From positions 5,524 to 69,523 of the forward strand of contig NMRA01001017.1 of the NCBI GenBank assembly GCA_002633005.1: DNA of 64,000 nucleotides, read 5' to 3'. The notes beneath the pieces are model-generated. The model had not been told where the DNA came from, made no database searches, and saw only the letters and a program-made list of their open reading frames with translations. This DNA comes from Phoronis australis (Eukaryota; Animalia; Phoronida). A program made the position numbers and the translations under genes. Positions 12,750-25,964 of this stretch are shown one piece after another (within the stretch, counting starts at the first letter, position 1; the number at the start of each line of letters is the position of its first letter).

Positions 12750-14702
12750 ATGGCTCACTGTAAGGATGATGAAAACTTCCAACGGATACTGGAGTGTCCT
12801 ATATGTCTGGAACGTATCACAGATCCACGTTGTTTGCCGTGCCTTCACTCATTCTGTGAGAAGTGCATCAGACAACACATGGATGAGAATCAAGAAGATG
12901 GTTCCTTCCTGTGTCCAATGTGTAACCTGAAATTCCAGGTACCAACAAATGGCGTCACAGAGTTCAGACGTAATCTTTATCTCACACAGGTTAGTGAGCT
13001 TTTTCCGGAGGTAAAAGAGGTCAAATGCGACGTTTGTAAATTAAAAAATGTTGACAACCCAGCGACATCCATGTGTATTCAGTGCCAAGATCATCTATGT
13101 CAGGAATGTGGGAGTGGCCACTGCTTGTCAAAATTCACTCACAGTCACAAAGTGGTGGGTTTGAAGGATATCAAAAATGGTCAACACTTTGAGGAAATGC
13201 GTCGATTTCAAAAAGTCCACTGCCCGATACACCCGGAAAAGTTCATGGAGGTTTACTGCGAAAACTGCGAAAAACCTCTTTGCCATCTGTGTGCGATGTT
13301 TGATCATGATGATCATAAAAAAACAGGAATTGAAGAAGCAGCTAAAAAGGCCGATGGCGTGTTACGGGAATTACTGGACACTTGGAAAATGGCTTCAGAC
13401 CATTCTGCGATACTGTCTGTGGAACGGAAGAAAGTATTGGACAAGTTTGATGATGAAGAAGAACGTTTGACAGGTAAAATACAACAGACGTATCAAACAT
13501 TCAAAGAGGATATCAATCGGGAAATTGACTTGAAGATGAACGACGCAGTTGAGGAACTGAAAGGTGAAATCGCAAGTGCCCGCAAGCAGGCGGAGGTGTC
13601 TTACAATGAAGCTGAAAATCGCAATTTAAGCATAATCAGCACTATGAAGTATTACCAAGGAATTATTGATTCAGCACAAGATGCTGAAAAACTACAGAAG
13701 TTTCAGGACTCAAAAACCCGTCTTGAGAGTCTGGACATTCGAAAGTTGGAAAACGAAGTTACTTCTTATGATTTTGAATTATATTCTGGCGCTTTGGTTA
13801 TTCCTAATTTGAAGATGCCGTCTGTGACCAGTGCTGTTAAGGAGCGTGTGAAATCAAGTGTTCCGGAAAGTACCTGGCTGCCTGACATAAAAGCTAAACC
13901 AATGGTTGTGTTTTGTTTGAGTGAAAAAATTGTTGGTGGGTGTTATGGACTGGCAGTACATGGTGATTGGTTAATTACTGCTCGTGGTTTTCTTGGGACT
14001 AACATCCCCAATGTTAAAGTGTTTGACAAATCTACTGGTAGCTTTTTGTTTGAGATGGACCAAGGTAAGCACAAACTGCAGACCCCAGTTGGTGTGGCAT
14101 GTAGTAATGATGGTGATATATTTGTTATGGATAAGGGTATTGGCGGTGTGGTGAGGTACAATAGTGAGGGTCAGGTCTTGAAGGTTACACCTAACTTGTG
14201 TAGTGGTAACAGTGGTATAACATGTCGACAGAAACAGCTGATTGTGACTGATTGTGGTGGTGGACGTGTCCTTGTGACTGACTTTGACTGTAATGTTAGA
14301 AAAGTCATCGCTAAGGAGTCATTGGGATTGAGTGCATTCAGTCCACGGTACGTGTGTGTGAATGCTAAAGGACATCTGGTGGTGAGTGATGAGGGTCAAG
14401 GTCGTGTACTTGTTATTAATCCCAATGTGCCAACCATCATTAAAACATTCACTGACCAACTGAGTAAACATACCTTTGGTGTGTGTATTGATAAGTGGGG
14501 ACACCTTCTTGTTGCTGACTATGATAAAAACCAGGTAGTGTTATTCCCAGATGTGTCAGATCAAACCCCGCGAATTCTCATCCCCAGTGCTGAAATCCAG
14601 GGTCCCGCTGCCCTTGCAGTCACTGGTCCTGGAGAAGTGGCTGTGTCACAGTGTCCTCATTATTTCGCTAGGGTGAAAGTGTTCAAGTATGCAGATGTAT
14701 GA
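12750..14702 (+). CDS. TRIM-NHL E3 ubiquitin ligase (RING, B-box1, B-box2, coiled coil, NHL beta-propeller), TRIM2/3/56/71-like, 650 aa
   Basis: Intact ORF. C3HC4 RING (CPIC...CLHSFCEKC...CPMC), B-box1 (CDVC...CIQC...LCQEC...H), B-box2 (CPIH...YCENC...LCHLC...HDDH), helical region, NHL-like repeats (TPVGVA, SPRYVCVN, GHLLVAD). Splice acceptor TTTTTTCAG lies just upstream of the ATG, so a 5' UTR exon is further upstream. Confidence 0.95.
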   Translation: MAHCKDDENFQRILECPICLERITDPRCLPCLHSFCEKCIRQHMDENQEDGSFLCPMCNLKFQVPTNGVTEFRRNLYLTQVSELFPEVKEVKCDVCKLKNVDNPATSMCIQCQDHLCQECGSGHCLSKFTHSHKVVGLKDIKNGQHFEEMRRFQKVHCPIHPEKFMEVYCENCEKPLCHLCAMFDHDDHKKTGIEEAAKKADGVLRELLDTWKMASDHSAILSVERKKVLDKFDDEEERLTGKIQQTYQTFKEDINREIDLKMNDAVEELKGEIASARKQAEVSYNEAENRNLSIISTMKYYQGIIDSAQDAEKLQKFQDSKTRLESLDIRKLENEVTSYDFELYSGALVIPNLKMPSVTSAVKERVKSSVPESTWLPDIKAKPMVVFCLSEKIVGGCYGLAVHGDWLITARGFLGTNIPNVKVFDKSTGSFLFEMDQGKHKLQTPVGVACSNDGDIFVMDKGIGGVVRYNSEGQVLKVTPNLCSGNSGITCRQKQLIVTDCGGGRVLVTDFDCNVRKVIAKESLGLSAFSPRYVCVNAKGHLVVSDEGQGRVLVINPNVPTIIKTFTDQLSKHTFGVCIDKWGHLLVADYDKNQVVLFPDVSDQTPRILIPSAEIQGPAALAVTGPGEVAVSQCPHYFARVKVFKYADV

Positions 14703-14833
14703 CGTAATTGTCGTATGTATATGAGATTGACTGCATGGAGCTAGTAGTTACATGTATAATTAAAGCCTTGTACAACAGAAAGCTTAATGCATCTGATACA
14801 GTGTTTCTTGAGAGGCCATGCTTAAGGTCTCCA

Positions 14834-15057
14834 GCAAGCGCGCACCCAGCCTTTAATATGGAGGGCTCGAATTTCTGGCGATATGAACCTTTTGCTGACA
14901 AAAGGCAGGGGGACTAAAAAAAAAACGGCTTACCATCTTCACAGTCCGGTGCGTCTGTGCCTTTTCAGTGGACTTTTCTCTCGTTTTCTCGGACTTTTTG
15001 TTTCTCTGAGGCGAAATGGGGGGCTTGTTTGAGCCCCCGAGCCCCCCTGGCGCATGT
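14834..15057 (+). mobile_element. MITE family C copy (related inverted copies at 15816-16060 and 19163-19310)
   Basis: Shared motifs GCGCGCACCCAGCCT, GGGCTCGAATT and poly-C/G arms in three places. Confidence 0.55.
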
Positions 15058-17234
15058 CCAGTGTTTTCGTGTTGTCAAATTTTTCTTAAAGGTGTTTCAC
15101 ATCTGCGCTTGTGCGAATTTGAGTCATCACTCCACTTTGAAAGTCGCATGTCTTGTTGAGCGACCTATAAGTTCGCATATGGGCAAATAGAGACTCATCT
15201 GAGGGCAGATTTGAAGGTATGAAAATACCCGACATGTCCTGGAAGGTGTGGGAGCAAAGTGTTATTGGTGACCAAACGTCAGGTGGTAATGTCGTTCTAC
15301 TAGGAATGCATGAACTAGTGCTGTTATTTCGAGTTATGGTTTATCCCCAAAATTAATGACCTTGAAGTTTACCTTTTGTGGTAGGACGTCATTCTTGTTG
15401 CTATGAACATAACCCTGGAATGTCAACTCCTGCACCCGTGACCAACGCTATTCTGTTACTACAGCTTGCAAGCCTAGACAAGCCCGATCAAGAGTCTGCT
15501 CTACTGAGTTTTCAGTGATCGAGTGTTGTAGTTACCAAATGGAGCCTGGTTTCATTGCTTCATTTTAATTTGGTCATTTTTTGGTCATCAACTGAGATTC
15601 TTGGGATACGGTTCCAGGCGGCACCCAGTCGCCAAAGTTAGTCAACAGATCTGACAATGGTCATTCTTTGTAGGCACCGATTTGTGGCCCTTTGGCTGCC
15701 GGGTGCCGAGAAGAGTCTGACATCTGATCTTTTCTGCTCCAGTCTTATAATCACTTTTGACTACCTATCAAACTACATGCCTGTAGTTTGTCAACAAGAC
15801 ATTTTTGGATGTTAAACATGCGCACACCCGGGGGGGCAGGGAGCTCAAACGTGCCCCCCCCCCGTTGGCGAATTTGGGAAAAGGATAAAAAAGTCTGAAA
15901 ATGTAGAAAACGAGACAAAACTCCACTAAAAAGGCAGAAACTGCCAAAATTTGGCGAATGCACAATTCATAGCTGTGAACATAACCCGTTATTTTAGTAG
16001 TAAAAGGTACACATTTTCAAAAATTCGAGCCCCCCATTTTTTAGGCTGGCCGCGCGCACGTTAAAATCGTGTTACATTTTTTTACGGAAAAATGACGTGG
16101 TTTTTGAGTGTCTGTTCTGAAATGATAAATGAAACGTGAAGACCATAGTGCCTGGTGTGCTTACGTAACTTACGAAAAACTACTCTTAATTTCGTAGCTT
16201 AGTGCGTGTGCCGTGCGTGTATGTGTGCATATATATTATAAATTACTATTTTCAGTTGTTCGTATAATTCATTTCTGCAATTTTTACCAGTAGCTTTTTT
16301 GTTAAATCGATTTCTGAGCAGTTATGTATTTACCTGTACCCTTGAAATAAAATTTTCAAAGACCAATATTTTGCCTTGTAACAGAATCCAATCTAATATT
16401 TTGTATTGCTGACAGCCCGCAAATATGTAATCACGCTTGTCAGTTGTCCCTGTTGGTGAACTGTTCCAGTTTTTGAATTTTCCCGTCATTCCCACCTCAC
16501 TGCCGCAGTGTCGTTTTTGACACGCGACTATTTTACATATTATCATAATTATACTATTGTAATTTCTCACGGATATAAACAAACAGGACGTTTCATGTTT
16601 TTGCTGACTTGCCATTTCCATTTGACTAAAAAGGACGCCGACAGGTTCTTAAATTGGGTGTTACGTCTCTCTTTCGACAAAAAACGATGTAGGAATGTTT
16701 TGTGTTCTGCTGCAAAATGTTTTACCATTGCGTTTAGGCTTGGATCCAGATACCCCTTTTTATCCGTAAAACCTGATTTTCAATCCAGTTGTACGTTTTT
16801 TCATTCTTGAATGTTGGCCATGAGAACTATGCAACAGGCATTCAACATAGAATCGATTCTGTTACGAATATTGTTATTTACCAACAAGTCTAGAAGAGAG
16901 TAATCACTTGGAAACTCTGTTCTCAAACTATTATATTATTTACAAACGAAAATTAAATGCAGTTCGTTTTCAATTAAATTTGGGTTACATACTTTACATA
17001 ATCTTTCATTTAATGCAGTTCCCAAAAAGCTAGCGAATTTCCCCTCTAATTATGGCATAATTCCTGACCGCAACAGTGCTAACATAGACCTCAATGTAGG
17101 GGGAAGAAATCCGCAGTTTTCAACACAGTATACTGACTTGAAAGTCTTATAAAAACGTAAATTAGGCTTTGAGCAAATCAATTCACTCCACCCCCTTTCC
17201 TCTGTTTCAAAACGTAAGCTGTCAAAGAATACAA

Positions 17235-17675
17235 CAGATCTCGTGCACCGAGAATAAAGGTCTCTCTGACTGAAGCGCATGACTAGTAGATAGCTTGTCT
17301 GAGTTGATAGGAGGACTAGCCTGTGAAAATTCCTCAATACCTGCCCGTAATGAATTACTTAATTTTTTTTCACTGTCAAAAGACAAATCCATGCAAGCTT
17401 TACTACAGGCTGCTGTCTGAATTCTTCAGAGTTAGTAGTTAGAAATGTGATTGCTATGAGACGTCATTATAGCCAATGCAGAGATTTTTTGAAAACCGTG
17501 GGCGAGAAGATTTAAAAATAATGCTGTGCAAATCACATTATGTTATTATATGAGCACATTGTGATATGCCATAACTTGGTTGGTTAATATACAACGTTTT
17601 GGTGTTGTACATATTCTGAGTGTGTTAAAAGAAATAAATTTCTTTGTCCGTTTCTTTGTTGTAGTTTGAGACTTG
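17235..17675 (+). repeat. Dispersed repeat, family A copy 2
   Basis: Colinear with 2360-2760. Confidence 0.7.
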
Positions 17676-19341
17676 CATGTTTTGGACTTCTCAGAATGTG
17701 GACCTCCTTGCTGAAATGCAGCCGCACGACTAAAAAATACGGGGAGACGCTTCCTACACCTTGTTTCGGCCACTTCGTCATTACCAGGGTTAATTCGTGA
17801 ACTCAATATTTCCTCACGCTCTTGCTGTCTTCTTGTTTTATTTTTGGCGGCAGCGAATTAAGGGGGGCTGCCCCCCTAAATCCACCTATGTATACCGACA
17901 ATACATCCGGCTAATAAATCACTTTGTTTGGATTTTATGTACATGTTAAATTGCCCGCATGTCTTACGAATTAGTACGTAGTTGCATTTCTAAAAGAATA
18001 TAAAGTAGGAATGTCGATGAATTATCAACCACGATACATCCATCAATCCCATGTCCAGATCGCGTCATCTCACAGCGCGACAGAAAAGTTTAGGGCCGCT
18101 GCGCTTCAACCTCACCCACCGGAACTACTCGCACGGCCGAGTCGAAACTAAATGTAGTTAGTAAGCTACCCTGTCCCTGCTAGTCTGCACGAAGTCTCAT
18201 TCAGCCTTATTGAATTTAAAACCGCCGTTGGTCGCCGCATCCCGGTCCCATGTCCCAGATGTTGTCCCTAACTGAGTACGAGTCTTTAGTTAGATTCAAG
18301 AATCACGATTGCCAGTGATTGGAACCGAGCTCTTTTGTGAACAATGTAAATCAAACTTTTCGGGACTTTTCAACTCTTGCACACCCTTTAAATGGCTACA
18401 AAATGGACACAAAGAACAATACCTTATTCACTTTCAGTTATGAATCATTAGTAGAAAATTAGAGTAATGAACTGTCGCAGTTCTGGTTTCGGAATTGTGA
18501 ACATTCGGGGAGTGGTGAAATTTCGAAGGTAGCGAACCTTCTGAGTAGTGAACCTTCGGTCATGTATATGTAACCTTGGAAATCTCTTTTCCATCAAAAT
18601 TGTTGAAATCTGCGGGGCTGTGCACCACTGACATTGCTGGACAAGAGAAAACTTTCTTCCATTGACCAAAGTTTTAATTATGTCTAGACCTACCTAATAA
18701 TGTGAACATGCGGGGATTTCTGAGTGCAAGAAAACGCGGTAGCTAAATGTCGGACTTTTGAGAAACGACAGAGTAGTCAGTGAGGTTACCGTCGGCGTGT
18801 ACTGAATTTAAAAGAACGGAAACGCACACACGTGTACACGCATGCATATCAATCAACAATCAAAGTGGACACTTGATGACCAAAATATTTGGCAATCACT
18901 TTCAATTCGAAATTTGAAAATGCCTGCACTTTATCCATACTATGCTAGAATCTTTACGTTTAAAAATATGCGCGTGGGGGTGCACTGCTGCAATATACTT
19001 GTGCCTTTTTATATGTTTATGCGCTAATGGTGCAAAGGCGCCGCGCAGTCCAGGAGTATCCCTGTTAATGCATCATTTCCATTTATTGGATTTTTGAGAG
19101 TAAATAGACTCAAATTGAGCCCTCGATGACTTCACTGACTTTGTATATTGTTGCACGTGGTTCCATGCGTGCACCCATTGGGGGGGGGAGGGCTCGAACG
19201 AAGTGGACAAAAAGGTCCGCCTCAGAGAAACAAATAGTCCGAGAAAAGTCCCCTAAAAAGGCAGGAATTGGGCGAGCCCACCCTATATTTTAGGCTGGGT
19301 GCGCGCAAGGGTTCCATTCCTTTACTTATCCTTTTCAGGAA

Positions 19342-21298
19342 ATGGCTCAATGTAAGGATGAAGAAAGCTTCTAGCGGATACTGGAGTGTCCCATATGTCT
19401 GGAACGCACGCGCTGTTTGCCGTGCCTTCACTCATTCTGTGAGAAGTGCATCAGACAACATATGGATGAGAATCAAGAGGACGGTTCCTTCCTGTGTCCA
19501 ATGTGTAACTTGAAATTCTAGGTACCAAGAGATGGCGTCACAGAGTTCAGGCGTAACCTCTATCTGACACAGATTAGTGAGCTTTCTCCAGAAGCTTCCG
19601 AGGTCAGGTGTGATGTGTGTAAGTTTCAAGATGTTGACAGCCCCGCGACTCGTATGTGTATTCAGTGCAGAGACCACTTGTGTCAGCGGTGACCCGAAGC
19701 ACATACTAAAATAACTCGCAATCACAAAGTGGTCAGTTTGCAAGAGGTCAAAGATAGCAAGCACTTTGAGGAGATACTTCGGTTTCAGAGAGTCCACAGT
19801 CCTATATACCCACAAAAGTTATTGGAGGTATACTGCGAAAATTGCATGAAACCTCTTTCCCATCTGTATGTAATGTTCGACCATGATGGTCACAAAAGAA
19901 GAGGAATTGAAGAAGCAGCTCAGTAGAAAGGCTGATGACGTCTTACGAGAATTTCTGGATACTTGGAAAATGGTCTCGGACCATTCTTTAATATTGTGCC
20001 ATGCGGAACGCAAGAAGGTATTGGACAAGCTTGGTGATAAAGAAGAACGCTCGACAAGCAAAATACATAGTCCTATCAAACGCTCATAGATGATATCATT
20101 CAGGAAATTGTAAGTGAAGATGAACGAGGCAGTTGGCGAACTGAAAGGTGAAATCGCAAGTGCCCGCAAGCAGGCGGAGATGGCGTACAATGAAGCTGAA
20201 AATCGTAATTTAAGCATAACAAGCACGATGAAGTATTGCCAAGAAATTCTTGATTCTTGAAATTCTTGAAAAACTGCAGAAGTTTCAGGACTCAAAAACC
20301 CGTCTTGAGAGTCTGGATATTTGAAAGTTGGAAAGCGAGATGACTTTTTATGAGTTATAGCTACATTCCGGCGCTTTGGTTGTCCCTAATTTGGAGGTGC
20401 CAGCAGTGACCAAACGTAAAAGAGCGTGTGAAGTCTAGTGTGCCGGAAAGTACCTGGCAACCTGACATGAAAGATGAACCAATCCTTGCGCGATGTTTAA
20501 CTGTGAGCATTTTTGGTGAGGTGGACACTGACTGTGATGGATTGGCAGTGTAAGGTGCTTGGCTAATTACTACTGGTTTCCATTGTAGCCACAAAGTTAA
20601 AGTTTGACAAATCTAGTGGTAGCTGTTTGTTTGTGGTGGACCAGGTTGAACATAATTAACTGCATAAACCAGCTGATGCGACCTCAGTGTACTAAATATG
20701 GTGATATAAGTTTGTTACTGATTGCGGTAGTCGAGGTGTTGTGAGGTACAATAGTAAGGGTCTTGAAGTTTACATCCTATTTGTTTAGTAGTCGTGCTGG
20801 TATAACGTGCCACGAAATTGAGGACCAACTGACAGATTTTAAAGGTGGACGTTTGCTTTTGACTGACTTTGACTGTAACATTAGAAAAAAGTTAGAAAAG
20901 TTATTACGAAAGAGTCACTGGGATTGAGCGCATTCAATCCACGACATGTGTGTGTCGATGGTAAAGGACACCTGGTGGTGAGTGATGAGGGTCAAGGTCA
21001 TGTACTTGTTATTCACCCCAAACTGCCATCCATTGTTAAAACATTCATTCACTAACTGGGTGAATGTCCTCGTGGTGTTTGTGTTGATAAGTGGCGACAC
21101 ATTCTTGTTGCTGACTGCTAACAATCGCGAATTGTTATTATCAGATGTGTGTGAACAAATGCTTATTCTCATCCGGAGGAATGCCCCTCTGGCCTTGCTC
21201 CCTTGCTGTCACATGGTCCCGGAGAAGTGGCTGTGTCACAACGTCCTCTAAAACGTTATGTTACTGAGGTGAAAGTGTTCAGGTATGCAGATCTGTGA
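19342..21298 (+). pseudogene. Non-processed pseudogene of the adjacent TRIM-NHL gene
   Basis: Colinear with 12750-14702 from ATG (ATGGCTCAATGTAAGGATGAA) to stop (GCAGATCTGTGA). Early TAG at codon 11, many frameshifts and stops. Keeps the upstream acceptor CTTTTCAG and a homologous 3' flank. Confidence 0.93.
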
Positions 21299-22244
21299 CA
21301 TTGAGTTGTCATGTGTGTGTTATTTATTGCAACCAGCCATTTCACAATGGCTAACTTAATGCGCCCTCTGCTGAATGGGAGGAGCCACACCTAACATCTC
21401 GAATATTTTTGTGTCGGCGGCAAATTTTTCCTCGAAGGTGTTTCATATTTGCGTTAGTCCGAATTTCAGTCGCAGTCAACCATTCTCGTCTTTGAAAGAC
21501 GCATCTGTTGTGTTGTTATGTGACCTCAGTTCACATCATTGGGCAGACATTCATGAAACTTATCGAGGGCATACTAGATTTGACTCTACGAAAAGGCGAC
21601 GTTTCGAGAAGGAGTGGAAGCACGTTATTGCTGACCAAAAATGAGGTAGTGTTTAAGTATCGTTCAAGTGGGGAGGCATGAACTAGTGCTATTATCATTA
21701 CAGAGTGATCGATTTACCCTAGTAAACGACCTTGATCTGTTTACCTTTTGTGGTAGGACTTTATTTTCATAATAGTTCCTACAGTGTATGAACGTAGAAC
21801 TCTAGCACTGAAATGTCAATTCCAGCACGTGACCGGCGGGCTTTTTGGGTGTTATGTCTCCCGTTCCATTAAAAAAGCGCTGTACTGTGGGGACGTTTTG
21901 TGTGCTGCCGCGAAACGTTTTACCCTTGCGGTGTGGCTGCAATAAACAAAATGAAACAACAGCAGCGTGAAGCGTGAGGAACTAGGACCGGTATTTAAGG
22001 GACGAGGGGGATGGGGAGCTCGGACGCAAACGTGTACCCGTTTTTGTTTTAGTCCACCGATAGATTTCGCCGACTAAAAAACAATAGGTCCTCATCGCCT
22101 GCCCCCTCCCCCACAACTTTACAGGTAGGGCCGCCAGTGCACTGTAGGCCTCACAAACGCGCTTTGCCCAATTCCCGGACGCAACATGTTCGGGCCACTC
22201 CCTTATATCCTAGGTCCGCCACTGCAAGTGCTAGTGACCGATAT

Positions 22245-23370
22245 AAAATGAGAAATTAATATGCACAAAAGAGGTAGAAGGGTTATGTACAGAATGTATA
22301 CAAACTAACATGACTTATCAAGCATCAAAAGACAGTATTTGACAGCGTGGGCATTCATTAGTAAAGGTATTGAGATCTTGGCAACATCGTATACATTGTT
22401 CCATAAAGTATCCCTTGGTGGTGAATAGAATTAAGCGAACCTTAAAACATATAGAGTGTTTTCCCCCGTACCTCATAGGGCAGACGTCTGAGAGCAAAAC
22501 ACTGGAGAGGGAAAGGGCTTATCTGTTTCATATGCTTGCAAACTGCCTCACCAAGACATTGTAGCCTTTGAGCAAAAAGCAGAGTGGAGTTTGATTCGTA
22601 CAGTAAGATGGAGTGCGACAACTGCTGGTCATTGAAAACAAATTTTAAGGCCTGATATTGAATTTTTTCCATTTTTCGGGCTTTCTGAACACCACATAAA
22701 AGCCAATCAAGAGGCAATAATTAAAATATGACCGAATAATTGCATAATAATTAAATCTTCAACTTAGTGTCTGTATCTAATAAATGACGCAGACGGAACA
22801 AGGTAGACACATATTTTGCTGCTTTGGCACAGAGGTTGTCTACATGCTTAATTTACAGTCAATGTGCACACCCAATAGTTTAACAGAATTCTCACACTTA
22901 ATGATAATCTTGCCAACATAAAGAAAATTTTCGGAGTCGTTGAGCGTATCTCTACTAGGAGTGACGGCTTTGAATTTTCAGTATTGGCAAACATATGATT
23001 ATTGTCAAACCATCTCATAGCCTCATTTGCGGGGTTTTTCATAACAACTTTGACTTTATCCATGGAATCGTCACAGGGTACAAGTGTATTGTCATCTTCG
23101 TAATTGTAAAGCTTGCACTTGCCGCCAAGTATATAGAAAATATCATTTATGAAAACATTGAATAACAGAGGACCCCGGATAGAACCTTGGGGCACACTGA
23201 GTACCAATTGCTGAATCATTTTCAATTCTAACTCTCAATGAGCTGTCAGACAAATGCTGCAGGAGAGTAGAAAAGAACATGTTTTCTGAGAACAACCATT
23301 GGCACCAAGTTTCGACACCAGTAAGGCAAGGAAGGTAGTAGAATGCTTTTGACAAATCAAGGCTAAAAGG
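22245..23370 (-). mobile_element. Degraded LINE (CR1/L2-like) reverse transcriptase 3' fragment
   Basis: LDLSKAF, VPQGSIRGPLLFNVFINDI, YEDDNTL (YADD-derived), WFDNNHM, KMEKIQYQALKFVFND across broken frames. Confidence 0.9.
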
Positions 23371-24123
23371 CATCCGCACCACGCGTTAAAGTTCGCCAGA
23401 CGGTGATTTACAAGGCCCCTGTCTCTGTCTACGGTCAACGGCACTGCTGGGGTAGGTATCCATAATGACATTGAGTGCTTTTTACCACGAGGTTCTGCGG
23501 ACCAGCAAACGGCCGTGCAAGAGGGCGTTGACATGCGCATGGAATTCAATTTGGGCTAGGTCTCTGCGGCTGACCAAGTCACCGTTTTAAACGAGTGCAT
23601 TTGTTTCGTTTGTGCATTCTACCCTGGGTCGTAACACTGTTGATTGACACCCGCTGTTTACAATACTTCAGAGTATAACAGTAGTTATTATTTAAGGCAA
23701 TATGTGAAACAAATATGAATTTATATAGGAAATGTTCCGAGGATTTTACAGGGTAAAAGGGAAACGCAGAAACGAAATGTGTCGATGTAATTAATCGACT
23801 CGACACATTTCGTTTCGCGACATAAGCCGCCGAACTTCTTCCTGATCGTCGTCGCGCGGTCTGCACCTGCACCACCGGCGCCGGGCAAAGCAACGGGTGC
23901 GCACCCGCCCAAGCTTTGGATCGTCGCGCCCAAATAATGTACGCAAGGGCATCGTGAGTTAGGATTGTAACGTTTTCTAGTCAAGTTATGTGTATTTGTT
24001 TTTCTTACGTATGTCTATCTGTATATAGTTCTCGTAAACTGTTGTATAATTTTTCCTAAATTTTTGTCGGGTAGTAGCATATGTGCTAATGTTTTATCTG
24101 TTTGTGCACTATAACGACCTGAC

Positions 24124-24158
24124 CATAGACATCACATAGACATCTTGTGATGTCTATG
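24124..24158. mobile_element. 35-bp micro-MITE with 13-bp perfect TIR and 8-bp TSD
   Basis: GACCTGAC|CATAGACATCACA...TGTGATGTCTATG|GACCTGAC. Confidence 0.7.
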
Positions 24159-24439
24159 GACCTGACTCTAAACCCCATCCAGGCTTGTTCGCCGTACTAT
24201 CGTAAGATGGCGCAGCGGTCAAAGATGGCGGCCCTTGGTGAAAGCAAAGTCGTTTTGTCCAGCTTCTGACGGTACTACCTTGCAGATGTGTCATATCGTA
24301 AATATATAGAATGCAGGTACGGGTGCATCACGGTGACAACGGTGGGCTTAAAAAATCACCCACTTGACCTTTGAATCACAATTCACTTGCATTCCTCTGA
24401 AATCAGCGGGGCAATCGGTCATCCGATGTCATCGCCATA

Positions 24440-25799
24440 CACTCCGAAACCCTATAGTCGTCCGCCTAAGCATAAAACCGGCTTGTTGTCTTACTCACCC
24501 AATTATTCCACTTCAAAGTTATGATCTGAATAGGACTTGATTTAACTCTCACAAATATATAGTATTCGTTGATTCAAACGTTTTCTTTTACTTAAGCCGA
24601 GTTGTTCAACTGTGCATTGCTTTTCGGCCATTTTATAATGACACCTATGGTCGTCATGTGCTGCCGCCTTTTGAAAGGACAGAAAACCACACAGAAAAAG
24701 GCCAAGAAAATAGTGGAAAGTGGTTTACAGCAACTCTACTTCAACCACAAACTGTTTTACTGGTATGATATCGATTTTTAAATCGATTAAAATTGATTTA
24801 GAATTTCAGTTCTGGAAAATAAATCACAATTGTTTTATTCCAGGCAGACCTTACTTATTTTGTATTTGTGACCTCTTTATTTGACTTTTTGCTCTTGTTG
24901 TTCTTAACATCACTTATCTCTGCTGTCCTTCTTTTTCTTTTCAGTTTCTCTTCATTCTCTGTTAACACCTTGTCAGCCAAAACAGAACTGTAAGCCTTTG
25001 AGACTTGGTAGGCGGAAGTTGATCATTGAACCTCGATACAATTGTTCTAATAAATTACCCATAATTGTATTGTTTGATTTTTTCTCATCTTTAACAGGCT
25101 TCTGCATTCATAAATAAATAAATAAATACCCAAGTTGCATTTGAATTTTATTGCTCAATCTCTTCTTTTATTTTTGATTATGTCATGCTGTGTTGTATGT
25201 AACAAATGCAATATAGTGAAATAAAGTCAATGTTTTACTTTATTGGTGGCCATTCTCTATCAATTCAAGTATTTTAATTTTCTTCAAATAAATTCAAAAT
25301 GCTTTAACCAAAATTTTCAACATAAATGTTGAGTTCAGTACTGTGTTTTGCAATAAAAAAACAAGTGAACAATATTTTGATGACCAAGGCGTGGGCCGAA
25401 ACTGTTAAGCACCCAGCGTGTTCCATTTGTCTGCTGCGTTTTTCCTTTGGCCTAACAGATGTCGGTTAGTGCCTGGGACAAATAGATACATTGCATAAAC
25501 AATCCCTGGGTTGCTTTTTGTTCCGTCTGAAGAAAATTTAATTTCGAAAATATCTTCTGAAAATGAACAAAAAAGTGCATTAGTAAAATCAACAAGTTTT
25601 TAAGTGGTCTCAAAAAAACAGTCGGTAAATGCATTAATTTTAGTCTCAGTTCTTCCACGCGTGTTTCTCCCGAGAGGTTAGTACCTAACGTGCAGACGAG
25701 CGTTCCAAATTGGAACGCTAAGTCCCGCGTGGCAGCGCTGCACGCGAAACTAGATGGCGGACGACCTTTGGAGACTGACGACGAGAGGTAATCGGACTA
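24440..25799. mobile_element. Non-autonomous DNA transposon inserted at TA
   Basis: Absent from the paralogous site (CATCGCCATATCTTGTG, ~29980). TA duplicated at 24438-39 and 25800-01. Subterminal inverted GTCGTCCGCC / GGCGGACGAC. Confidence 0.75.
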
Positions 25800-25964
25800 T
25801 ATCTTGTGACTGTATCAGTATGCCACCAGGGGCGATAGTACACCCCTATAAAAAGTAAATAATCTCAAAATATAACCAACGAGTGAAACATGTATATATA
25901 CACATGGAGTTATGATTAATCATACTAAGACTCAGGAGGCAGTTAAGTCAACATAATTTGAATA

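Noticed and set aside
19342-21298. Retrocopy of the TRIM gene
   Set aside because: It keeps the intron acceptor and the genomic 3' flank and has no poly-A tail or TSD.
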